This document shows, one piece after another, positions 54,200-62,344 of a stretch of 64,000 nt of DNA. The position numbers were made by a program, and so were the translations under genes. The notes beneath the pieces were generated by a model. That model had not been told where the DNA came from, ran no database searches, and was given only the letters and a program-made list of their open reading frames with translations. Position 1 is the stretch's first letter. Every line of letters begins with the position of its first letter. Origin of the DNA: Clostridia bacterium (GTDB lineage Bacteria; Bacillota; Clostridia; Christensenellales; CAG-138); contig JAFWOT010000009.1 in the NCBI GenBank assembly GCA_017509785.1, positions 6,596-70,595 on the forward strand. The letters are read 5' to 3'.

Positions 54200-56053
54200 A
54201 TGAATATTATTAAAAGAACGATCGCTCTCGTCTTCGCGCTGGTGCTCGCGCTGAGTATCATCCCCGCCGCCGTGTCCGCCTCCTCCGAATGGAGGGACGA
54301 TCTGCGCCGCATGAACGACCTGACGCGGGTCCTCTCCGAGGAAGCCGCGGACGAGCTCAACGAGCGCGCGTGCGACGCCGTCGAGCAGTATGAATTCGAT
54401 TTCGTGATGGTGACCTTCGACGAAGAGATGAGGGGCGGCGATACGGACGAAGGCTACGTCAATTATCTCTACGAGCATAACGAGCTCGGCTGGGGCGAGA
54501 GCCGCGACGGCATAATGCTCGCCGTCAACACAGAAACGAACCTGTTCGTCCTCCGCACGAACGGGCGCGGCAGATACGTTTTCGGGGACGGCGTCCTTGA
54601 AAACGCCGCGTCCTCCGTAAAGAACGGCTATGCGGAAAACGGCTTCGGGGGAGCGTTTGAAGCGTTCCTCGATACGGCCGTGTCCGAGGTCGAGCGCGCC
54701 GATATCCCCTACATGCCGCCCGAGGAATGGGCCGCGGAATACCCTGACCTCACCGATATGACCCCGCTCATCATCACCTATGAGCTCGGCGGCGAGACCC
54801 GTCCCGACTGGTATCCCGACGATATCTCGACGTGGGAGTGGACTGCCGCACCCGCCGGCGCTTCCCGCGTCATAGACGAGGCCGACCTCTTCACCGATGA
54901 TGAGGAGGCTTCCCTCCGGGCAAGGATAGCCGAATTCACGGAGAGGAACGCCGCCGACGCGGTCGTGCTCACAGTCCCCTCCACGGGGAGCATCGGGCAT
55001 ATGGAATATGCCGACGATTACTATGATTACAACGGCTTCGGCGTGGGCGATCAGCACGACGGGTTCCTGCTCCTCGTCTGCATGGATCCCGCTCACAGGG
55101 GCGGCTGGTGCACCGTCACCGGCTCGAGGCCCATGCGCCTTTACACCGAGGAGATCGCCAACGAGATCGACGACGTGCTCTACGATCATCTCGGCTCAGC
55201 CGAATACTACGAGGGCGCTTACGGCTGGATAGAATGCATAGACACCCTCCTTGACAAGGGCGTTCCCTTCGCTCCCGATTGGTTCCCCTCCGCGAACGAG
55301 CAGTTCGTCAGGAAGCATGACGAGTCCGCTCCCCGTCTCGTCGACGAGGCGGGCGCTCTCACGGCGGAGCAGTACGCTGCTCTTGAAAAAAAGCGCGCCG
55401 AGATCAGCCTCAGGCACGGCGTCGATATAGTCGTCAATATCCCGGAGGATACCTATCTGCTCACGTGGCAGCAGTACACGGACGCCTTCTATAAGTATAA
55501 GGGCTACGGATACGGCGAAAACTATGACGGTATAATGTACACCTTCTTCACGCCGAACAGGTCCTTGACCACGGTGTACGGCACGCCGCCCGCAAAGCTC
55601 ACCGCGAGGAACCTTGAGCTCATCGACGAGGGCGTCGCGGGTCCCACCGAAGCCGGCGACGTATACGGCTCGGTCGACCGCTGGCTCACATATCTCGATA
55701 AGACCCTCCGCACCGGGCATACCCCGCGCACGGGCAAGGTCTGGACCCTGCGCTCCGTCGTCTCGGGCGTTGCCGCGCTCATCGTGTCCTCCATCTCCAT
55801 GGCAGCCGCGAAGAGCAGCATGAAGACCGTCCGCACGGCGTATGACGCGAACAGCCACCTCGTCGCCGATTCGCTCCGGGTAGACTCCGTCGACGACAGG
55901 TTCACCCACAACACGGTCACAAGGGTCTACAGCCCCGTAGACCGCGGCGGAAGCTCCGGCGGAGGCGGCTCCTCCGGAGGCCACTCCTCCTATTCCGGCG
56001 GGCATTCGAGCTCGTCCGGCAGCTCGCATTCCGGCAGCGGAAGGAGCTTCTGA
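54200..56053 (+). CDS. Exported protein with three TPM domains, TM and Gly/Ser tail
   Basis: Three RxxD(L/E)...L(S/T)xE units each followed by a GxG...DG motif; C-terminal SSGSSHSGSGRSF. Confidence 0.78.
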   Translation: MNIIKRTIALVFALVLALSIIPAAVSASSEWRDDLRRMNDLTRVLSEEAADELNERACDAVEQYEFDFVMVTFDEEMRGGDTDEGYVNYLYEHNELGWGESRDGIMLAVNTETNLFVLRTNGRGRYVFGDGVLENAASSVKNGYAENGFGGAFEAFLDTAVSEVERADIPYMPPEEWAAEYPDLTDMTPLIITYELGGETRPDWYPDDISTWEWTAAPAGASRVIDEADLFTDDEEASLRARIAEFTERNAADAVVLTVPSTGSIGHMEYADDYYDYNGFGVGDQHDGFLLLVCMDPAHRGGWCTVTGSRPMRLYTEEIANEIDDVLYDHLGSAEYYEGAYGWIECIDTLLDKGVPFAPDWFPSANEQFVRKHDESAPRLVDEAGALTAEQYAALEKKRAEISLRHGVDIVVNIPEDTYLLTWQQYTDAFYKYKGYGYGENYDGIMYTFFTPNRSLTTVYGTPPAKLTARNLELIDEGVAGPTEAGDVYGSVDRWLTYLDKTLRTGHTPRTGKVWTLRSVVSGVAALIVSSISMAAAKSSMKTVRTAYDANSHLVADSLRVDSVDDRFTHNTVTRVYSPVDRGGSSGGGGSSGGHSSYSGGHSSSSGSSHSGSGRSF

Positions 56054-56075
56054 TAAAACCGAAAGGAGCAAACCA

Positions 56076-56657
56076 TTGAAAGCATCTGTCAAAACGATGA
56101 TCGTCTGCGTCCTCGTCGCGGCGCTGGCCGCGCTGACCGCTTTCCCCGGCTGCACGGCTAAGAGCACGGAACGCCCCTCCGCCGAGATCCCGGCGAGCGA
56201 AGCACCCGCCGATCCCGCGGAGCCCACCCCCACGCAGACGGAGGAGGAGCGCTTCTCCTTCCGCACGACGGACGTAAACGGAAGCCCCATCGCCTTCTCC
56301 GATTTTTCCGATAAGAAGGTCATAATGGTCAACTTCTGGGAGACATGGTGTCCTCCCTGCATGGGGGAGATACCGGAGCTCGTCGAGCTCTATGAGAAGT
56401 ACAAGGACGAGGGATTCCTTCTGCTCGGCGTGTTCTCGAATTCCGAGGAGCCCACCGTCCGCTCGACCGTCATGCAGTACGGGATAAGCTATCCCGTCCT
56501 CGCGGCGACGGAGGATTTCACCCCCTATCAGACCGAGTACGTCCCCACTACCGTGTTCTTCAACGGCAGCGGCGAACAGCTCGGCGGAAAGCCCTACATC
56601 GGCGCCCTGAGCGGAGAGGATTGGGAAGCCATCATCACGGGCTTCCTCGGCGACTGA
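56076..56657 (+). CDS. TlpA/ResA-like thiol:disulfide oxidoreductase, probable lipoprotein
   Basis: FPG-C after a hydrophobic stretch, VNFWETWCPPCMGEIP, VPTT. Confidence 0.85.
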   Translation: MKASVKTMIVCVLVAALAALTAFPGCTAKSTERPSAEIPASEAPADPAEPTPTQTEEERFSFRTTDVNGSPIAFSDFSDKKVIMVNFWETWCPPCMGEIPELVELYEKYKDEGFLLLGVFSNSEEPTVRSTVMQYGISYPVLAATEDFTPYQTEYVPTTVFFNGSGEQLGGKPYIGALSGEDWEAIITGFLGD

Positions 56658-56658
56658 T

Positions 56659-57327
56659 ATGGCGGAGCTCAGGGAATACCTCCCGAAGCTCCCGTTCTGG
56701 GATTCCCTCGGCGAGGAGGAAAAGGTCTTCGTCCGAAGGAACGCCGGCATCAGAAGGGCGGCTGCGGGCCAGCTCATTTACAGCAGCGACTGCGCCTGCG
56801 TCGGCCTCGTCTACGTGATATCCGGCAAGCTTCGCATTTACTCCCTCTCCTCCGAGGGGCGGGAGATAACCCTCTTCACGATCTGCGGCGGGGATTCGAG
56901 CGTCCTTTCGGCCTCCTGCGTCGTGGAGAAGATCAGCTTCGACGCGCACATGGTCGCGGAGACCGACTCGGAGCTCCTCATAGTCAACGCCGAGGCGATG
57001 GCCGCCCTCACGCAGGGCAATATCCACGCCCGCTGCTTCCTGTTCGAGCGCGCGGCGGAGGATTTCGCCTCCGTCATGCGAACGATGGAGAGCATACTCT
57101 TCTCCGGGTTCGATTCGCGCCTCGCGTCGTTCCTCACGGCGGAGTGCGAAAGAACGGGGAGCCGCGTCCTGCCCCTCACGCGGAGCCGCATAGCAGAGCA
57201 GGTCAATTCCGCAAGGGAGGTCGTCACCCGTATGCTGAAGCGCTTCTCGGCGGAGGGGCTCGTCGAAACGGGACGCGGGACGGTCACCGTGCTCGATTTG
57301 GAGGGATTGAAAAAATATATTCGATAA
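56659..57327 (+). CDS. Crp/Fnr-family transcriptional regulator
   Basis: SGKLRIY..EGREITLF, SAREVVTRMLKRF HTH. Confidence 0.88.
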   Translation: MAELREYLPKLPFWDSLGEEEKVFVRRNAGIRRAAAGQLIYSSDCACVGLVYVISGKLRIYSLSSEGREITLFTICGGDSSVLSASCVVEKISFDAHMVAETDSELLIVNAEAMAALTQGNIHARCFLFERAAEDFASVMRTMESILFSGFDSRLASFLTAECERTGSRVLPLTRSRIAEQVNSAREVVTRMLKRFSAEGLVETGRGTVTVLDLEGLKKYIR

Positions 57328-57330
57328 AGT

Positions 57331-57371
57331 GTGACTCGGTCACGGTACAGCCTGTCCGGATGGGGTACAAT
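57331..57371 (+). promoter_or_regulatory. Candidate Crp/Fnr-type site and -10 of the trxA-rbr-rubredoxin unit
   Basis: GTGAC-TCG-GTCAC palindrome centred at 57337; TACAAT at 57366-57371; no canonical -35. Confidence 0.6.
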
Positions 57372-57423
57372 ATGCTCGTAAAAAATATGAAAGGCGCCTT
57401 TATAAAGGCGAAAGGTGAAAAAT

Positions 57424-57729
57424 ATGGAGACAGACGTCAGCTATAAGACTTTCGATGATGAGGTAATGCAGTCCGATAAGCCCGTCCTCGTGGATTTCTG
57501 GGCGACCTGGTGCGGCCCCTGCCGCATGCTCGGCCCGGTCATCAGGCAGATCGCGGAGGAGAACCCCGATATCAAGGTCTGCAAGGTCAACGTGGACGAC
57601 GAGCAGGAGCTCTGCATGCAGTTCAACGTGATGAACATCCCGACCGTCATCGCATTCAAGGGCGGCATGGAGACGGGCCGTTCGGTCGGCTTCGTACCCA
57701 AGCAGCAGCTTCTCGATCTTGTAAAGTAA
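57424..57729 (+). CDS. trxA: Thioredoxin
   Basis: [18 protein letters not shown]. Confidence 0.93.
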   Translation: METDVSYKTFDDEVMQSDKPVLVDFWATWCGPCRMLGPVIRQIAEENPDIKVCKVNVDDEQELCMQFNVMNIPTVIAFKGGMETGRSVGFVPKQQLLDLVK

Positions 57730-57745
57730 AAACGGAGGAAAGATA

Positions 57746-58282
57746 ATGAATAAGTATAAGGGAACACAGACCGAAAAGAACCTTTGGGAGGCCTTCGCGG
57801 GCGAATCCCAGGCAAGGAACAAGTACACCTACTTCGCTTCCAAGGCGAAGAAGGAGGGCTATGAGCAGATAGCCGCTCTCTTCCTCAAGACCGCCGATAA
57901 CGAGAAGGAGCACGCCAAGCTCTGGTTCAAGGAGCTTGAGGGCATCGGCACCACGGCGGAGAATCTCGCCGCCGCCGCCGAGGGTGAGAATTTCGAGTGG
58001 ACGGACATGTACGAGGGCTTCGCCAAGACCGCCGAGGCCGAGGGCTTCCCCGAGCTTGCCGCCAAGTTCCGCGGCGTCGCCGCCATCGAAAAGGCGCATG
58101 AGGAGCGCTACCGCGCGCTGCTCAACAACGTCGAGATGCAGCAGGTCTTCGAAAAGTCCGAGGTCAAGGTCTGGGAATGCCGCAACTGCGGGCATATAGT
58201 CGTCGGCACGAAGGCGCCCGAGATCTGCCCCGTCTGCGCGCACCCCATGGCGTATTTTGAGATCAACGAGAAGAATTATTAA
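57746..58282 (+). CDS. rbr: Rubrerythrin
   Basis: [34 protein letters not shown]. Confidence 0.93.
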   Translation: MNKYKGTQTEKNLWEAFAGESQARNKYTYFASKAKKEGYEQIAALFLKTADNEKEHAKLWFKELEGIGTTAENLAAAAEGENFEWTDMYEGFAKTAEAEGFPELAAKFRGVAAIEKAHEERYRALLNNVEMQQVFEKSEVKVWECRNCGHIVVGTKAPEICPVCAHPMAYFEINEKNY

Positions 58283-58309
58283 TAATCTCAACGAAAGGAG
58301 CTTTTTACC

Positions 58310-58465
58310 ATGAAGTACGTTTGCGAAGCATGCGGCTGGATCTATGACGAGGAGCTCGGTGATCCCGAAAACGGCATCGCCCCCGGCACCAGGTTCGAGG
58401 ATCTGCCCGAGGATTTCGCCTGCCCCCTCTGCGGCGTGGGCAAGGATATGTTCAGCGCCGAGTGA
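58310..58465 (+). CDS. Rubredoxin (51 aa; absent from the ORF track)
   Basis: [51 protein letters not shown]; SD AAAGGAG. Confidence 0.95.
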   Translation: MKYVCEACGWIYDEELGDPENGIAPGTRFEDLPEDFACPLCGVGKDMFSAE

Positions 58466-58574
58466 TTCGGCAAGTCTCATCGGAGCCGGGAACGGCTCCT
58501 TTCTTATACTTCTGGCAAAGATGATATATTATATTGCCCGTTTACTTTCCAACTCTTTTATGCTATAATAGCAG

Positions 58575-58714
58575 CCGAAAGGATAGGGGGTGAGAACCGT
58601 GAAAAAGACCTTCCGGACTCACAGGGCTATCCCATCAATTACCGCATACTCGATAAAGACCTTCCCTGACCCGCATTCACGCTCCGCGGCCGCCTTCCCC
58701 GACGGCCGCTTTTT
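58575..58714 (+). ncRNA. Candidate small RNA
   Basis: TTTACT-N17-TATAAT promoter with extended TG (58541-58569), foldable 5' stem, terminator GCGGCCG-N10-CGGCCGC-TTTTT. Confidence 0.4.
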
Positions 58715-58798
58715 GGTGCGGCCGATATGGGCATATCCCCCTTGCGGCGGGAGGACGGTTTATGATATAATAAAAAGGTCGATTTTCAGGGGGTCTCC

Positions 58799-59617
58799 AT
58801 GCATCTTGATTCAGAAACGATCTATATACCGTCCGAAGCCGGGCAGATGAAGCTCATAGTGCTTCGTCCGCGCGGGGCGGAGCGCGCTGTTCCCGGCATG
58901 CTTTGGATACACGGCGGCGGCTATTTCGAGGGCATGGCGGAGATGGTCCATTTCTCCCGCGGGAAGGACGCCGCAAAGCGTTATGGCGCGGTGGTCGTCT
59001 CGCCGGAATACAGGCTCTCAGTAAAGGCGCCTTACCCCGCCGCGCTTGAGGATTGCTATACGGCGCTCCTCTGGCTGAGGGATCACGCCGAAGAGCTCGG
59101 CGCCGATCCGGGGAAGCTCATCGTCGGCGGCGAGAGCGCGGGCGGCGGTCTCGCGGCGGCGCTCTGCATGCTGGCGCACGACAGGGGAGAGGTGAACGTA
59201 TTCTATCAGTTCCCCATCTACCCGATGCTCGACTGCTTCGATACCGATTCCTCGCGCGATAATCATTCCCTCGGCTGGAACACGAAGCGCAATCACGAGG
59301 GCTGGCGCAGATATCTCGGCCCCCTGTGGGGGAGGGAGGACGTCCCCGCTTACGCTTCCCCCGCAAGGAGGGAGGATCATACCGGCCTTCCGCCCTGCTA
59401 CACATTCGTCGCAGACGGCGAGCCATTTTACAGGGAGACCCTCGATTACGTCGAGGCGCTGAATAAGGCGGGCGTTCCCGCCAGGGCCGACGTCTTCCAC
59501 GCGGACATACACGCGTTCGACCTGCTCCTTCCCCTGACGAAGAGCGCGAAGGAAGCGAGGGAGGCGTTCCTTTTGAATTTCGGCAAAGCGATAGGAGAGG
59601 AGGCTCCCGATGAATAA
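58799..59617 (+). CDS. Alpha/beta hydrolase (HSL-family esterase/lipase)
   Basis: HGGG, EYRL, GESAGG, HAFD. Confidence 0.88.
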   Translation: MHLDSETIYIPSEAGQMKLIVLRPRGAERAVPGMLWIHGGGYFEGMAEMVHFSRGKDAAKRYGAVVVSPEYRLSVKAPYPAALEDCYTALLWLRDHAEELGADPGKLIVGGESAGGGLAAALCMLAHDRGEVNVFYQFPIYPMLDCFDTDSSRDNHSLGWNTKRNHEGWRRYLGPLWGREDVPAYASPARREDHTGLPPCYTFVADGEPFYRETLDYVEALNKAGVPARADVFHADIHAFDLLLPLTKSAKEAREAFLLNFGKAIGEEAPDE

Positions 59618-60080
59618 GGAGATAAAGCGCACGATCAAATACGTGCTCATCGCCGCCTCGGCGGGGATCATCCAGTTCGGTTCGTTCACGCTGCTGAACG
59701 AGGTGTTCCGGCTCGATTACTGGGTCAGCTACCTCATTGCGCTGGTGCTTTCGGTGCTGTGGAATTTCACGTTCAACCGCAAATACACGTTCAAGTCCGC
59801 CTCGAACGTCCCGAAGGCAATGGCGCTCGTGTTCGCGTACTACTGCGTGTTCACGCCCCTTTCCACTATGCTCGAGCATTACCTCACGACTAAGCTCGGC
59901 TGGAACGAGTACGTCGTTACCATCATCAATATGCTCTTGAACCTCGCAACGGAGTTCCCCTATCAGCGGTTTGTCGTGTTCAGAAAGACCATCGACACGA
60001 ACGACATCGCGGAGCGTGAGGAACGCGAAAGGAATTCAACGGCTCCCGCCGATACGGATAAAGAAGGAGAAGACAAATGA
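59610..60080 (+). CDS. GtrA-family membrane protein
   Basis: Four TM segments, WNFTFNRKYTF, QRFVVF. Confidence 0.8.
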   Translation: MNKEIKRTIKYVLIAASAGIIQFGSFTLLNEVFRLDYWVSYLIALVLSVLWNFTFNRKYTFKSASNVPKAMALVFAYYCVFTPLSTMLEHYLTTKLGWNEYVVTIINMLLNLATEFPYQRFVVFRKTIDTNDIAEREERERNSTAPADTDKEGEDK

Positions 60081-62281
60081 AAAGATCGAGGATACTCGCA
60101 CTTTGCGCAGCGCTCATAATGCTGTTCGTGCAGATACTCCCCACGGCCGCATCCGCCTCCGGCGAGCGCGCGGCGAACGTCGCCGTAACGCCCTTCGCGG
60201 GCGACGGCGTCACCCTTGAATACGACGCCTCCCAGTTCGGCCTCCGCCTGAACGAGCAGTTCGGGATGTACGTCGTGGACGAAACGAAGACCATCACGCT
60301 GACCGCCCGCTTCGAGGACGGCTGGACTTTTAACCCCGATTTCACGAGCTTCTTCCCGGAGCACGCGGACGACGTCACGCAGACGGAGAATCCCGACGGC
60401 TCCGTCACGTTCGCCTATCACGCCGTGAAGGGCGACTACATATCAAAGGACGAGCTGCTCACGGTCGGCGTCTACGCCACCCCGGCGGAGCTTCCGAAGC
60501 TCGAGATAACGGCCTCCGTGCCCTTCTCCCAGATCGATAAGGAGACCTGGGTCACGGCGAGCTTTTCGATAACCCTCGGCACCAAGCAGTTCGAGAGCGG
60601 CAATTATGAGGGTACGGGCTCCATAAAAGGGCGCGGCAACACTTCCTGGGGCCAGCCGAAGAAGCCCTATTCCATAAAGCTCGATTCGAAGGCTTCCCTG
60701 CTCGATATACCCAAGACCAAGAAATACGCCATAGTCCCCAGCTATTCGGATGATTCCCTCCTCAGGAACTACATGACCTACAAGGCCGCAGCCGGCTGCG
60801 AGGGCATAGATTACGTCCCCCGCTGCGAATTCGTGGAGGCCTACCTCAACGGCGTGTACAACGGCATCTATCTGCTCGTTGAAAGGGTCGATATCGAATC
60901 CAACAAGATAGATATCGAGGAAGCCACCGCCGAAGAGCTCACGGGCGGCTACCTCATCGAGAAGGACGTCGACAACAAGATCGACTTCGATTCCGATCAG
61001 TGGTTCAACTGCCCCTACTGGGCGAATCAGGGGCATGATTATTTCGTTCTGAAGACCCCCGAGCCCGATGACCCGGAGCTCGTTTCCCAGATGCTCTCCT
61101 ACCTCACGGAATATATGCAGTCCCTGCACGACGCGGTCGTCAACGGGGCGGAGCCTTATACGAAATACGTCGACTCGGATTCCTGGATGGATTTCATGAT
61201 CCTTCAGGAGATCGCCAAGAACATCGACGGCAACCTCAAGACGAGCTGCTACATGGTCAAAATGGCGCAGGACGACAAGCTCTACATGACTGCCCCGTGG
61301 GATTTCGACCTTGCCTACGGCAGCCCGGACGTTTCGTGGAACAACGCCGACGTCAACCACAACGATTATTTCGACTGCCCCGACGCCCAGAGCTATGCGA
61401 GCTTCATGGTGATCAACTCCTCCTGCCCGTGGTTCGATCATCTCTATGACGATCACGCCGAGTTCCGTGAGGAGCTCATGGCCCGCTATGCCGAATACCG
61501 CAGGACGCTCGTTCCCGAGATGATGCGCCTTCTGAACGGCGGCGCGGCATACCTCTCCGGCGCGATCTCCCGCGACGAGGCGAAGTGGGGCGTGCGCTTC
61601 CGCTCCGGCGTGACGCAGCTCTCGACCTGGCTGCGCGGCAGGCTCGAATGGCTGGACGGGCAATGGCTCGAGTCCGAGACCGTCGACCTCAACTATGCCC
61701 TCAACACCGAGGGCGGGCATCTCTCGTTCACCTCCGAAGGCAGCTACCCCTTCACCGGAGTCATTAAGGACGGGCGCATCGCCGCCGTCAGCGGGAACGC
61801 CGGCGTCGACAGCTCCGACAGCGTCGTGACGCTCGTGCTCGATATGCAGGCGGGCGATTCGATCTCGTTCGATTACAAGGTAAGCTCCGAATACAACTAC
61901 GATAAGCTCCTCTTCCAGGTCAACAACAACACCGTCATGGACGTCCACGGCGAGCACGATTGGCAGACCTACACCTACACGGTCCTCAACGCGGGGCAGT
62001 ACACCTTCGCGTGGAAGTACAGGAAGGACTACTCCGCCGCCTCCGGCACGGACTGCGCGTGGATCGACGAGATAATCTGGTCGGGCGACGAGCCCGGTCT
62101 CATCGGCGACGTCAACGGCGACGGCACGGTCGATTCGAACGATGCGCTCCTTCTCCTCAGGTACACGATGGGCCTTATCGGCGAGCTCCCCTGCCCGGAT
62201 AACGCCGATTATGACGGCGACGGCTCCGTCACCTCGAACGACGCCCTTGCCATACTGAGGGGCTCCCTCTCCATAGGCTGA
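60077..62281 (+). CDS. Secreted CotH-family kinase with C-terminal dockerin
   Basis: Signal peptide, KGRGNTSW..PKKPY, YNGIYLLVE, APWDFDLAYG; GDVNGDGTVDSNDAL..ADYDGDGSVTSNDAL. Confidence 0.85.
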   Translation: MKRSRILALCAALIMLFVQILPTAASASGERAANVAVTPFAGDGVTLEYDASQFGLRLNEQFGMYVVDETKTITLTARFEDGWTFNPDFTSFFPEHADDVTQTENPDGSVTFAYHAVKGDYISKDELLTVGVYATPAELPKLEITASVPFSQIDKETWVTASFSITLGTKQFESGNYEGTGSIKGRGNTSWGQPKKPYSIKLDSKASLLDIPKTKKYAIVPSYSDDSLLRNYMTYKAAAGCEGIDYVPRCEFVEAYLNGVYNGIYLLVERVDIESNKIDIEEATAEELTGGYLIEKDVDNKIDFDSDQWFNCPYWANQGHDYFVLKTPEPDDPELVSQMLSYLTEYMQSLHDAVVNGAEPYTKYVDSDSWMDFMILQEIAKNIDGNLKTSCYMVKMAQDDKLYMTAPWDFDLAYGSPDVSWNNADVNHNDYFDCPDAQSYASFMVINSSCPWFDHLYDDHAEFREELMARYAEYRRTLVPEMMRLLNGGAAYLSGAISRDEAKWGVRFRSGVTQLSTWLRGRLEWLDGQWLESETVDLNYALNTEGGHLSFTSEGSYPFTGVIKDGRIAAVSGNAGVDSSDSVVTLVLDMQAGDSISFDYKVSSEYNYDKLLFQVNNNTVMDVHGEHDWQTYTYTVLNAGQYTFAWKYRKDYSAASGTDCAWIDEIIWSGDEPGLIGDVNGDGTVDSNDALLLLRYTMGLIGELPCPDNADYDGDGSVTSNDALAILRGSLSIG

Positions 62282-62344
62282 AAAATCCCGCGCGAACCGC
62301 GCTCCGAAGCAGACGCGGCCGAAGAATGAGAAAGGAATCCGATC

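Noticed and set aside
58590-58850. 86-aa ORF as a real protein or type I toxin
   Set aside because: It crosses an intrinsic terminator and the next promoter, overlaps the esterase start and has no hydrophobic helix
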